DNA from: Heptranchias perlo
Lineage: Eukaryota
Direction of reading: 5' to 3'
NCBI RefSeq assembly: GCF_035084215.1
Contig: NC_090336.1
Span: forward strand, 29,388,001 to 29,452,000
Length of the DNA stretch: 64,000 nucleotides
How positions within the stretch are numbered: position 1 is the stretch's first letter; every line of letters begins with the position of its first letter. Below, piece after piece: positions 20,812 through 33,881 of this stretch. The notes beneath the pieces were generated by a model. The model worked only from the letters and a program-made list of their open reading frames with translations, did no database searches and had not been told where the DNA came from. Made by a program: the position numbers and the translations under genes.

Positions 20812-23293
20812 AGTGCTCACTCATTTTGCTCTCTGGGAGTACTTTGGTTTAATGTACCACAACAGATCCAATGCTTCATTTGGCATGCTAAACAATGATG
20901 AAAGGACTAGAGTTGATTTCAAACCCACATCTCATGACAGTAATTATTTATTAAGGTGGCATTAAGGCAGCAAAGAGAGTTGACAGGCGGCATTTACAGG
21001 GGGACATTAATACAGCCAAATATAGGGCTTCCAGCAAGACTCACCATAACGCAGAAAAGCTGCATTCAACTGCTGGATTAGTTTAATTTAAGTGTAGTAT
21101 ATTGTGATGTGATTTGCTTTATTACTAATGTAGTGTGTAAACATTCTTCATGCAATTCCGATTATCTACTTCTTCATGCAATTTACTGCACGCTTACCTT
21201 TTAACGGATCGGAAGGGATTGTGTGGGAGATGTGGGGGCACCCTGAATGTTCTTGATGCCAAAAGACCCGAGAAATCTTAATCCAGCTCTGGGCATGTAA
21301 AGGAGTCAAGCAGTTGTTTTAGTCCACATGGAAACATGGGTGCCTCACTTCCTTGACAGAAGTCTGGGCTTTCCACTTCCCCCTCCCTCCTCCATTCCAG
21401 TGATTTTTCAGGGGATCGGGGGCAGGCAAAGACAGAAAGCAACTTGGGAATGGCCCCTGCCACATCTTCTCTTCCCTGCTGTTTCCCAGCATCTGGTCCC
21501 ATTGGGACGTATTATTCCTGCCCAACGTGTTCCTCACCATTTGCACTCTTCAAATACTGAACACTCGGGCCACCTGTTAGGCTCCAGCATTTAGATACCA
21601 ACAGAGGGGGCTTTGGGTCAGAAAGAGAATATAGCCCTATACAAACACTCCCAGAGCGTGGCCACATCCAAACACTGTTAGTTTAATCCAACATTTTCAA
21701 TCTTTGAAATGTATTTTAAAACCAGGCAGCTCGCTGGCCAACTCTCTCTCCCCCTGGGGCTACCGCAGCAAGACTGTGCCCCCTTAAGGGCACAACTCCC
21801 TGGCAGAGGCTGGCGAACCTGGCTCCTGTGTGTAAATGACCCTGGGGCCAGAAATATGGCTGGAGTCAGCAACACATCTCCAGGGTGGGCAGAAAGCTCG
21901 CCTCACCAGAGATGCGCTGCAACCTAGGGAGGAGTTGAAAAGCCCTAGCCGCAGAATCAGCAGAGGAGGGACAATTGAGGTCTGAAAACATAGAAAGGAG
22001 ATGCACTTCCTTGCTATTACCCAGCCAGCAAGTCAACCACAGGTAACAAAGTTACCTCTATCTCACCAAGCAATACTGTGCCAGGAGGCTACACTTCAGT
22101 CAGGAAGGCTGAGATGAATTGAGACATCTCTTGGAAACAGACCTACAGCAAAGCAGCAACATCAAAACTGTGCTGCCAGTAGTAATAGAAGTGTTGATGT
22201 CATTGAACTGTTTTGCGACAGGGGCCTTCCGGGCAATGGCTGGGGACTAGGCAAGGATCGTCCAGGTTGCGATTCACTATCTATGTAACCAAAGTCATAG
22301 ATATTCTGTTTCAAAATGCTGCTGACTATATAAAATTCAGCTCTGGGATGTAGCGGAGGCAGGAGAGGCTTACAGGGATTTTGAAAGACGTGGCATTGCA
22401 ATTGGAGCTCTCTTCCAACACTTCTAATTGGGCTTACAGCAATTAGGCAGTTTCGATGAGCAGATTCACTTCTTATGCGTACAGAAATAGAAAAAAGCCA
22501 GAAATATCCAGCAGGTCAGGCAACATCTGTGGAGAAACACGTTTCAGGTCTCAGGGGTTCTGTCTGAATTGTCGAGCAATCAAAGTTCAGCAGTGGGGGG
22601 GGGGGGGAAGATCACTCATATCGCAAGAGAAAACTCACAGCTGTGGTGAGCGGGGGGAGCATTTCCGGATGGGAAACCTGGAAGTATGAGTTTCCCGGCC
22701 GTCACGACGATTTTCATGTCAGGACGTTTTTTACATTTTATCAGCAGGTTTCCCACCCAACAGGCTGGCTGCCTGACAGATGGGAAAGCATCAGAACACC
22801 AGTTAAAAGTTTAATATCAAGTATGGGACAGTCGTCTCTCTACTAATATTAAAATGATGATAAATGAAGATTAAAAAGTTGCCAGGTCGTGCAATGCAGT
22901 TATGTAATAACCAGTATGAAGTCAGGGTGATGCAAGACTATCTCCTGGAGTTAATCCTGTCCAACTTCCCTGAACTGAATTTGGGCAACTTCACATCCAA
23001 AATACACTACAAGGCTTCAATCAATTCAAAGTAAAAACTGTTTCACATTGGGGCAAATGATGTTTTACAATGTGCCAATAAAGTAACTTGTGCTCAACTG
23101 ACCTCTTCAAATTAGGTCTAGAACAGGTTGCACGATGCTGCAAGTTACAAGATAACAACTTGCTGGGCAATATTGGTTTTATCGACACCGCAGGTCATTA
23201 GTAGGTTCCTGAGGAACAATAATAATAGCACCTCCTGTGTAATAATACATGAATAAATGATTAGAAAAGGTGTTACACCCATTCTACATACAC

Positions 23294-23599
23294 CCTGTTG
23301 ATCCAGTACCCATTCCATTTCTGTAGACTCAACTAGGCCGTTGTAAACATAGCACGTGTACTTCCTACCAATATCCTCTTTAGTTGGTGTCAGCTTTAGA
23401 GTGCTGGTACAATAATACAGACCATTGTTTCCACAAGTAGGATTGCTAATTTCTGCTTTCCTAATCATTCCCTCACCATCATTGCACCAAACAACTGAAA
23501 TATTTTTGGCAAAAAAGGAGTGGATTCGACAATTTAACATCAGCTCTTCTGTGATTGGCACCCCTGGAACATTCTGTACTGGCTCCAGTTATGGAGTGG
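23294..23599 (-). pseudogene. Orphan IgC1 exon with an in-frame TAA at codon 4
   Basis: tag|CC ACT CCA TAA CTG..., giving ATP*LEPV...LNCRIHSFFAKNISVVW...NGLYYCTSTLKLTPTKEDIGRKYTCYV. Donor GT at 23293 (phase 1) or 23291. Confidence 0.75.
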
Positions 23600-25100
23600 C
23601 TAAAGATGGAAAGTGAAATAAAACATTGTAAAAAGCTACTCCCTCAGTAAATGTTTACTTGCCTGCAAAGTTAAAGGTGTGATTTATTTGAAATACTTAG
23701 TAAAATTCCAGCAATGACCTGTATTTTCTGGGAATCAATTATAACTGTAGGTTAATGAATATTAATAGTATTTATCAAAGTCATTTGTTAAGGCCATACA
23801 CAGTTTAAATGCATTTATAAATAAAACGGCCAAAGTAGCAGGTTACTTCATTTAAAGGGTACCTCAGGATAGAGTGCTAGAATGGTTTTATTTCTCTATG
23901 TTTGCCTTAAAAACAAACAGTCGTGTATGTGGCTCACTTTTAAAAGATTATTACAAATAACACAAAACATTTCTTAAGCACAGCTTCCGAACAGGATTCG
24001 TCATCTTCTTGCCAGTTCCAAGGCTGAACACAAGCCTGTGACAATTCATTACTTAGCCTCAGATCTCAGCATCATCTCCATCCGTACTGTTTATTGAGCA
24101 GGGAACAAGGGCGGGAAGGGGCTGACAGCCAAAGACACAATAATAATGTATTTGTACCCAGCCTTGAATATGCTAAGGTATTGGGCAGGGAAATTTAAAG
24201 AAATACTTTTAATTACATTTTGGACTATATGTTTTAAATTGAATATTGGCAGGAAACGGCCATACTAAGAACTTATCTTGAAATTTACCTTGAAAAGCAA
24301 GTCTAAGAGAAAGAATTTGTATTTAAGAACAAGCTTCCTGTATGCAGAGTTTTCCTTGTGCATTTCTAAGAAACTGGTGAAAATTAATTGTTCCTCTTTT
24401 AAGCAAGTTTTTCCCGATAGTCACATGATATGCTGAATAATCAAAAGTCACAAAAGTCACATATTACACAATTTCTTCAAGACTGTTATCGTCAGCTATT
24501 TGGGAGAATGTTTATGGTATTGTATTGAGCTCCACAAAGTGCTGCTCCTAAAACTTCAAATCGGTGATTTGTGGAGAAATTTACTACTTTGTGAAATGTC
24601 TGGATGAATAGAAACACTGCAAATACAAATTGCTTTAAGGCAAATTGCTGTGAAGGACAACAGAAAAGAACAATAGGATTCTGACAAAAGAAAAGCTGCA
24701 AACAACTATTTATATAAAAAAAGAAAGCTAGGTAAAGGTCCACAGCCCATGCTGCAGGGCTCCAAAAGGATGAAAACGGTAAGAGAGAAAATCAGATAAA
24801 TCAAGTCGTGGTGCTTAGGTGATGCCAAGCTTCGAGCCTTGTAAATTCACATTCAGGATAGTAAAATAGGTTTTCAATGCTACAATAATGTCAATTAACA
24901 GCATTCAAACAGGCAACACAGCAGAGGTTAAACGTTTACAATTAGCAATAAGGTCCTCAACTGTTATGAAATTAAACACCGTTAAGATAACTTTTAATAA
25001 AAAGAACTTGTACTTATGTAACACTTCAAGTCACCAGGATGTTTCAAAGTGCTTCACAGCCAATGAATTACTTTTTGTAATGTATACTGGGAATGTATAA

Positions 25101-27400
25101 AGGCTAGAAATTGGACCGTGTAGCGGCCGTTGTTTCGGCGCTATGCGGCCTCTCGAAGTGCCAATATGGTGTCTTGGCTGCGCACGCACGTTTCCAGCGT
25201 GATGTGCGCTGGACGCCAACTTGGTATAGGTATTAGCACATGCACAAATACCGAATACTGGCAGCATGTAAAGTAGGGATAAAGTGATAGACACCATTTT
25301 GGAACTTAATGCTCAACACATTGCACAGTCTTAGTTACGCACACCTGAACATGTCTAAGACGGCTTGGATGAACCCCCCTCCCCACCAGTGCTATTTAAA
25401 GGGACCATGCAGGTGTTGCAGGTTAGTTGCTGGATTATTGCTTCTGGCTGCTGGTGGAATAAGAAGTGTTTTTTGAAGATCCCTATACTTACTGAGATTT
25501 GCTGGAGCACATTTCAGAGTGGTTTGGCAGGTACTGCCTTACGGTTTGGAAAGTTACAACCGTAGTTGAACAACATAGAAACTTAGAAAATAGGAGCAAG
25601 AGTAGGCCATTCGGCCCTTCGGGCTTGCTCTGCCATTCAAAATCATCATGGCTGATCGTCTAACTCAGTACCCTGTTCCCGCTTTTTCCCCATATCCCTT
25701 GATCCCTTTATCATTAAGAAATATATACAAGATTCCTGGCAGCCATGGGTGGTCTGCTAGGGCTCCCGCTGGGCATTGAGCACAACTGGGTGCATCCAGA
25801 GGGGCCATGCACTGCAGGTCAAGCTGCAAGGAGAGGGAGGAGGAGGAGTAGCTGGGCACCGAGCAGGAAGCCATATTCAATGAAGGCCTGGATATTTCAA
25901 CATGAGCGAGGAGGATTGCATCCAGTGGCTGAGGTTCACCAAGAAGGCCGTGACAGAGAGCTGTCAACTGGTGCGGCCACAACTGCAGCCTCAGAGCAGG
26001 GCGAGGACAGCATTGCCTGTGGCTGTGAAGGTCACCGTGGTGCTGAACTTCTACAGCTCTGGATCATTTCAGGCCTCTGCTGGCGACTTGTGTAACATTT
26101 CGCACTATGCAGTGCACTGCTGCATAAGGGAGGCCACAACCTGACAATAGGAGATGAGGAACAGGATCATCACCTTCCCTCTTGACAGAGACAAGCAGAA
26201 CAAGTGGGCATGGAGTTTGCTCGCATTGCTGGCTTCCCCATGGTGCAGGGTGCCATTTACTGCACGCACAATGCCCTGCGTGCCCCACATATCAACTCAG
26301 CCATCTTCGTCAACCGATAGGGCTTCCACTCCCTGAACGTGCAGCTGGTGTGCGACCACATGCATTGAATCAGTCCAATGTGCCAGCTAACTTTCACCCA
26401 GCTTGGCAGATCAAAGGCTGGCTACTGGGCGACAACGGCTATCCCCTCACGCAGTGGCTTATGACTCCGGTCAGGAATCCAGGCACAAGTGCAGAGCAGG
26501 CCTATAATGAGAGCCATACTGCCACATGCAACGTCATGGAGCACACCTTAGGCTTCCTGAAACGTTTCCGCTGCCTGGACCGGTCTGGAGGAGCCCTGCA
26601 GTACTCCCCTGAGCGGGTGGGAAGATTCGTGATGGTATGCTGCATGCTGCACAACCTCGCCATCATGAGGGACCAGCCCTTGCCACCGATGATCGGAGAA
26701 GACCCTGAGCCAGAGGTGGAGGAGGAGGAGGAGGAAGAGGCTGAGGAGGAGGAGGAGGAGGAGGAAGAGGCTGAGGAGGAAGAGGGAGAGGAGCCGGAGG
26801 AGGAAGTGGAGGAAGATGCAAGGGTGCAACAGGGAACACACGCCTTGTCCGGAAGGGCCCTGTGTGCTCACCTGATCCGTGCCCGCTTTCAATGATGTGA
26901 CCTACATCCCCCAACTCACCAACAGTCCTACACTGCCCAGCTGTCTGCTCCCACATGACCATCAAATCGCCCTCCATCTGATTACACATTGCTTTCCCCC
27001 TCAGCTCATCGCATAAATAAAAACCACCATCAAATGCAAATGCAAAGCCACATTTATCAATTAACAAACACTGGCAGCATGTAAACTAGGGAGAAAATGC
27101 AACACTGATTTAAAGTGATAGACACCATTTTGGAACTTAATGCTCCACACATTGCACAGTCTTAGCTAAGCACACATGAACATGTCTAAGACGGCTTGGA
27201 GGAACCTCCCCCCCACCCCCATCAGCGCTATTTAAAGGGGCCGTGCAGGTGTTGCAGGTTAGTTGCTGGATTATTGCTTCTGGTGGAATAGGAAGTGTTT
27301 TTTTGAAGCTCCTTATACTTACTGAGAGTTGCTAGAGCACATTTCAGAGTGGTTTGGCAGGTACTGCCTTACGGTTCAGAAAGTTACAACCGTAGTTGAA
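25101..27400 (+). mobile_element. PIF/Harbinger element with a decayed HARBI1-type DDE transposase (25745-26895)
   Basis: LPVAVKVT..LNFY.SGSFQ, GFPMVQGAI, WLLGDNGYPL..WLMTP, RFRCLD, CCMLHNL and a poly-Glu tail. Contains frameshifts, stops and an internal deletion. Confidence 0.85.
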
Positions 27401-27401
27401 C

Positions 27402-27930
27402 AACATAGAAACTTAGAAAATAGGAGCAAGAGTAGGTCTGCTCTGCCATTGAAAATGATCATGGCTGATCATCTGACTCAGCACCCTATTCCCGCTTTCT
27501 CCCCCATATCCCTTGATTCCTTTTAGTATTAAAAATATATCGATCTCCTTCTTGAATATATTTAATGACTTGGCCTCCACTGCCTTCTGTGGTAGAGAAT
27601 TCCACAGGTTCACCACCCTCTGAGTGAAGAAATTTCTCCTCGTCTCAGCTCTTAATGGCATACCCCGTATCCTGAGACTGTGACCCCTGGTTATGGATTC
27701 CCCATCCACCGGGAACATCCTCCCTGCATCTAGTTCCTGTTAAAATTTTATATGTTTCGATGAGATCACCTCTCATTCTTCTAAACTCTAGTGAATATAG
27801 GCCTAGTCGACCCAATCTCTCCTCATATGTCAGTCCTGCCATCCCAGGAATCAGTCTGGTAAACCTTTGTTGCACTCCCTCCATGGCAAGGACATCCTTC
27901 CTCAGATAAAAGAGACCAAAACTGCACACA
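27402..27930 (-). mobile_element. CR1 3' fragment
   Basis: LGLYSLEFRRMRGDLIE...FFTQRVV..WNSLP, with the tail at 27402. Confidence 0.88.
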
Positions 27931-28720
27931 CAAAAAAAGGACATCTCATTGGCTTTATTCCTTGTAACAAGCTTCGAGTTCCATTATTATGCAACATTGA
28001 CTCATGTACAGTAATTTCTACAAATGCTGAATAGTAATTTCTACAAATCCTGCATAAAATACTTCCCAACCTTTTGGATCTTGCTTGTACTGGTCATAGC
28101 CATACAAACCACAGAACCCTAGATCATACACCCGCCTCCTTCCTCAATAAACAAATTCCCTATTACCATTCAGAGTTACCCATTTACTAGCATTCATTTA
28201 GCACCAATTGCACAATTTCATAACTTGGTATCAGTGCCACTCTACAGAGTTCCTCATTAGAGGTAGTTGGTTCTACAGATTTGTCCCTCTGCAATGGGAT
28301 AAATACAGTCAGACCAATTATTTCTTTTTCACCTACTGAACTAAGGCCAAACATTTCAAAAATAAAATCAACACACATATTTTGTAGTCTCTATATTCAA
28401 TTATCATTAGCCCTTTGTAAAATATTGCATTTTATTGTCTGGTGAGAGTCTTAAGTAAATATTTCTCTGGTGGAGTCTTGTCTCTTTGTTGGTTTATTTG
28501 TCACACCCAATACATTTTTCTGAACATACTTCATCTTTCACAGGAGGAAAATATACCCAGCCAGAAAATGTGTGGGGTGTTAAAGAAACGGCCTGATAAT
28601 AACGGCCAGGCAACATTTCTGATGTTTGAGGGACAGCTTTTGATTAACACTTAATGCTTTTTCAGTTTTACATTGTCTTTATAGAACTCTTAACCTAGGT
28701 AGATAAGAGGTGTGACCTAT

Positions 28721-29053
28721 GCAAAGGCTCTATGGGGAAAGTCCAGCGTTTAGAGCCATTGTATACCGGGGAGGAGTTTGGAATCAGGGAAAAACCCTCT
28801 TGGATAGAATGTAAAATGATAAATGAACAGAACAAAATGTACTGTATCTGTAACCGGTAACGACTGGAATGCAATGAGACACCCTAGGGTGCCATGAAAC
28901 TGTATTTACAATGTATGGTGTGTAACTATTGATTGTACCAGGACCATTGTTTTGTGCTGTAGCAAATTGTATGACTTGTATTGTATTGTTTGAAGCGTGG
29001 CGTGTATGTACCTTTACACATATCAATAAAGTTTATTTTGAAATTTAAAAAAA
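28721..29053 (+). mobile_element. Tx1/L1-clade 3' fragment
   Basis: Encodes AKALWGKSSV* (compare AKALWGKATV* at 30188). 3' UTR is similar to 29879-30100 and ends AATAAA plus an A-tail. Confidence 0.7.
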
Positions 29054-29539
29054 GCACTTCAATAAGATAACTAAGTGGTGGCAACACAAAGGGTTAAATT
29101 GGGTGAGTTTGAGACAAAGCTCTGCTTACTTGGCTTTAAAAGATTTCGTAGTATTAATCTTAGCCTAGAGGAAAAAGGGCTTTTAAAAAAAAAACCCATT
29201 GCAAGTAGGTAGATAAACGTTTTCCTGCAAGTAATTTTTCTAAGTACAAAAGTCACCCTACAAATAATGTTTTGCACTGTAGAAATAGTTAGACTTTATA
29301 CTGAAAACAGGAAGGAAGGAAAGCAGAACAAGGTCACTGTTAGCAACAAGTATCTTAAGATCTGTGTGACAAAGTTTAAACAATCCACCTCTTGTAGGTT
29401 CCTTTAATAAAGCACGTACCTATGAGTAGAAAATTCTGGGCTAGATAAAATTGTTTACTACTGTAATGGAAGCAGAGCCTCACCTTGCTTCAAACCATAA
29501 AATGTCTTACGTGAAGTTTTAGATAAGCCAACACATTAT

Positions 29540-29787
29540 GGGGTAGATTTTCAACTTACTACTGGGCATAAAACCAGCAGTGCAGATTGGAAATGAAAAT
29601 CAGGCAGGTTCTATAATTGTAAACAATTTTACAACACCAAGTTATAGTCCAGCAATTTTATTTTAAATTCACAAGCTTTCGGAGGCTTCCTCCTTCCTAT
29701 AATGGTTCTATAATGGCTGACTGATCCACAACACACTACTTTCACACTCGGTGGGCGGGCGGGGAGGTGGAGTTGAAAATCTACCCT
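29540..29787. mobile_element. MITE with TIRs and TAT TSD (Harbinger-type), containing a Penelope terminal remnant (29618-29697, minus strand)
   Basis: GGGTAGATTTTCAACT ... AGTTGAAAATCTACCC, flanked by TAT on both sides. The inner piece matches the Penelope 3' end, including CCGAAAGCTTGTGA. Confidence 0.75.
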
Positions 29788-29878
29788 TATGAATTTAAAA
29801 TTAACCTCTGAAAACAATTCTTTTGTCTGTGCACTGGGGGAAATGTGACAATATACAAGTATGTCTATAGGCAGCTTA

Positions 29879-32569
29879 TTTTTTTTTCATAAATTATACT
29901 TTATTCATAAAATTTGCAGCAATACATACAATAGTTGTCATATCACAGTCCAAACGTACACAATACAGATTATACAATTTGCAGGTTACATCAAGTGCAG
30001 TTCAATGAACACATTGTACATAATTACAGTTCATGACACTCTAGGGTGCCTCATTGCATTGCACTCAATACAGATTATTGATTACAGATACATTACATCA
30101 ATTTGAATTTTACATTCTGCCCGGGGTGTGGCGGGGGGGGGGGGTTTCCCTGATTGCAGCCCCTCGGTATACAATTGTGGGAAGGCTCTAAACAGTTGCC
30201 TTTCCCCACAGAGCCTTTGCGGTGGCCGCACCCAGCCTCAGTGCATCCCTGAGCACGTAGTCCTGGACCTTGGAATGTGCCAGTCTGCAACACTCGGTCG
30301 AGGACAGCTCCTTGCACTGGAAGACCAGCAAGTTTCGGGCAGACCAAAGGGCGTCTTTCACCGAGTTGATGGTCTTCCAGCAGCAGTTGATGTCCGTCTC
30401 AGTGTGCGTCCCCAGGAACAGCCCATAGAGCACAGAGTCCTGTGTTACGGAACTGCTCGGGACGAACCTGGACAGATACCACTGCATCTCTCTCCAGACC
30501 TTCCTTGCAAAGGCACATTCCAGACGGAGATGGGTGACGGTCTCGTCTCCACCGCAGCCTCCTCGGGGACAGTGCGAGGTGGCGCTGAGAGTCCGGGAGT
30601 ACATGAAGGATCTGACGGGAAGGGCCCTTCTCAAAACCAGCCAAGCTAGGTCTTGGTGCTTGTTTGAAAGCTCTGGTGATGAGGCGTTCTGCCAAATGAC
30701 ATTGATAGTCTGCTCGGGGAACCAGCCGACAGGATTCATCATCTCCTTTTCCCGCAGGGTCTCGAAGACGTTGCGTGCGGACCACTTACTTTGTGGTCAA
30801 AGGTGTTTTTTTGCATAAATTTTTCGACGAAGAACAGGTGGAGCAGAACGGTCCAACTGGACGGAGCGTTCCGTGGCAGCATGGCCAGGCTCATCCTTCG
30901 CAACACTGGGGATAGGTAGAACCTCAGCACGTAGAGACACTGTTTGCGCCCCTCTTGATTCCCCAGTACACTGGTGGGAAGCCATCAAGGCAAACATCAA
31001 GAGGTTCTTCATCCTCAAAAGGTGTTCAGAAGGCGAGAGAGAGGCAGAGGGAAACATCCCGACTTCAGAAAAGCATGCAGAATCTTCTCCTGCTGCAGTT
31101 GATGGGGATCGATGTCGGGGAGGAACTCAGATGCGAAGGACCAGCAAACCTCGCTCTTTGCCTCAGAGGCCTCCAAGATCATCTTCCGGTCCAGAGTCCG
31201 CTCCGTGGAGCGGGATGAGACTTGCTCACGTTTCTTCTTCCAAAAAAGTGCGCAGAGAGAGCTCTGTGATCAGAAGCCTGAAGGAAGAGGACGGCTCGAT
31301 CACATCCTCGCAGCCCGACATACTGAGGATCTGCAAATCATTTTATGCCGAACTGTACGACACAAAGCCCATAGACAGCGCGGCCTCCCAGTCCTTCTTG
31401 TCATCTATCACGGAGGTTCTAGACGACAGCAAGCGGGAGAGTCTGGATCACCCGCTAACTCTGGAAGAACTAACAAAGGCAGTCCGTTCCTTTGAGAAGA
31501 GTAGTACTCCTGGAAGCGACGGCTTACCGGTGGAGTTGTACTCGGCTCTGTGGGACTGGATAGGCCCAGACCTGCTAGAATTGTACGGGGGTATGTTTCT
31601 GGCAGGCAGCATGTCGGACTCGATGAGGAAAGGCATCATCACCCTTATCTACAAGCGGAATGGGGAGAGGGAAGAAATCAAAAATTGGCGACCTATCTTA
31701 CTACTTAACGTGGACTACAAAATTCTATCCAAGGTCATCACCAATCAGGTCAAGTCAGCCCTGGAGGTGGTGATCCACCCCGATCAGACCTGCGCTGTAC
31801 CCGGCAGGAAGATCTCTGATAGCCTGGCGCTACTCAGGGATACGATCGCCTACGTACAGGACAGGGGGGTGAACACCTGCCTAATCAGCCTGGACCAGGA
31901 GAAGGCCTTTGGCAGAATATCCCACACGTACATAGACGTGCTCTCCAAAATGGGGTTTGGGGAGGGAATCCGCAATTGGATCCAACTGCTCGACACAAAC
32001 ATCAGTAGCGCCGTTTCAATCAACGGGTGGGAATCAGAAAGCTTTCCGATCAAATTTGGAGTCAGGCAGGGCTGACCTCTCTCCTCCTACTTGTTCGTAT
32101 GCTGCATCGAACCCTTTGCCGAGTCCATCAGGAGGGATGCGGGCATAAGAGGGGTGACGATCCCAGGCAGCGGAGGCACTCAGGTGAAGGCCTCCCTGTA
32201 CATGGACGACGTCACCGTCTTTTGCTCAGATCAGCTGTCAGTCCGCAGATTGATGAGCATCTGCGACCAGTTCGAACTGGCCTCAGGGGCCAGGGCAAAT
32301 CGTACCAAGAGCAAGGCCATGTTTTTTGGGAACTGGGCCGACCGATCCTTTGTCCCCTTCACCGTCAGGTCGGATTACCTGAAGGTGCTGGGGATCTAGT
32401 TCGGGGGGGCGCCGGGGCATGCACCAAGAACTGGAAGGAGCGTATTTCTAAGGTGAAGCAGAAACTGGGACTGTGGGATCGACGATCCCTCTCGATCGTG
32501 GGCAAAAACCTGGTCATCAGGTGTGAGGTGCTCTTGGTGTTGCTGTATGTGGCACAGGTCTGGCCCGTT
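29879..32569 (-). mobile_element. Tx1/L1-clade LINE with a 5' inversion (3' part minus 29879-~30935; RT part plus ~30936-32569)
   Basis: Poly-T at 29879. C-terminal CCHC (CPRGGCGGDETVTHLRLEC) on the minus strand. PGSDGL, NWRPI, DQEKAF, GVRQG and YMDD on the plus strand. Confidence 0.9.
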
Positions 32570-33881
32570 GAGGGGAGGCAACCTTCCAGTTCTCATTAAT
32601 GCTTTTGATTGATTTGTAAGTATACACACAACAGAAATTACTTCACATTTGAGATGCTAATGCATGCAAGCTTGTCATATCAGCAGAACAAATTTGATGT
32701 GCAAGTGAGTTGGCAAAAACAATTAAAGGTCACCTCAATGACCAGAAATCTGCTTTTAATACTTCACAACTTAAATGGCAACCATTAACTAACATAATTG
32801 CCTGCCTATTGGGAAACACTATTTTTGGTTTGGTATGATGTATTCAGCCTTAGAGACCCAAGAAATGGCATAATGATGGGGATTTTCATCAGTTCCCCTG
32901 CTTCAATCATGCATTTCCAAGTTGCTGTAGTAAGACAGGACTTAGTCTGAAATCTTAGGCATTAAGAATTTTTAACATGACTAAGATTTCAGACTATCAT
33001 TTTGGTTTCACAAACAGCTTAAAAAGTGGAATGCAAGTCAAGAACTATATTGTAAACAATTCTTGCATATGTTTTGTTACTATGTAATTAAGTATCATGT
33101 AAACAAATCCAATCATTCATTTTAGCTTGAATGATTGTCTGGGTGTTGCTTTGTCATTTGGAAAGCACAGGAATGTATGGTGTGCAACCCTTGCAATCTC
33201 TGGTGTAAAATATCAGTAAGAGAGTAATTGTAGCTCCTGTGGTATATTATTCCAAATCATTATGTACAAATGTGCAAATTTAGGATCATAAGGGTCATAG
33301 ATTTGCCTATGGAAAATACACTTTGGTTTGAACAAAGTTGGGGAGCAGTGTTTTGGGACAAGTATTGTTGGACCTTTACATGAAGCAGGAAGTGGACCTC
33401 TTGTGGGAATAATGGTGAACTAACACACCTATAATTATAACTATATGCTGTTCATAATATTCAATGTATCTGTTAATACTATTCCCTGAAGTCTAAAATA
33501 TAATTACACTATCCAATCTAAAAGTTAATTGGTGAGTTTGCCTATGCGATATCTGCAACACATTAGTTAATGCACTTGTATAAACTATCTCCATTTGCTA
33601 ATTTGAGTCATTAAGCTATATCGTTTAAATTGTTTAATATGATTTCATTAAAATAATTAACAGAAAAGTTTCACATCAATACATTACAAATATTATATGG
33701 AGCAATTTCTTCCAAACAAAACAATACTGGGGCATTTCACGTGAACATGTTAACCAATGTCGTACAGAAGAACTTCAGCTCTCAAGTGTTATCTGCATCT
33801 CCCCCACAAAAGTAAAATAATTAAGAATACGATTGTTGTAATTTTCAAATGACTATTTCACCAAAATGAATGCCATCGCAC

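Noticed and set aside
21198-21600. Possible exon or Gag zinc-knuckle remnant with a strong donor at ~21197
   Set aside because: Frames are broken, and the similarity is too weak to assign by eye.
25745-26895. Domesticated HARBI1 gene
   Set aside because: Stops, frameshifts, an altered catalytic Asp and transposon context.
29690-29760. VKVVCCGS resembling the dioxygenase C-terminus
   Set aside because: It lies inside a MITE bounded by TIRs.
33110-33190. PRQSF as the last dioxygenase exon
   Set aside because: No HRV motif, no acceptor and an immediate stop; likely chance.
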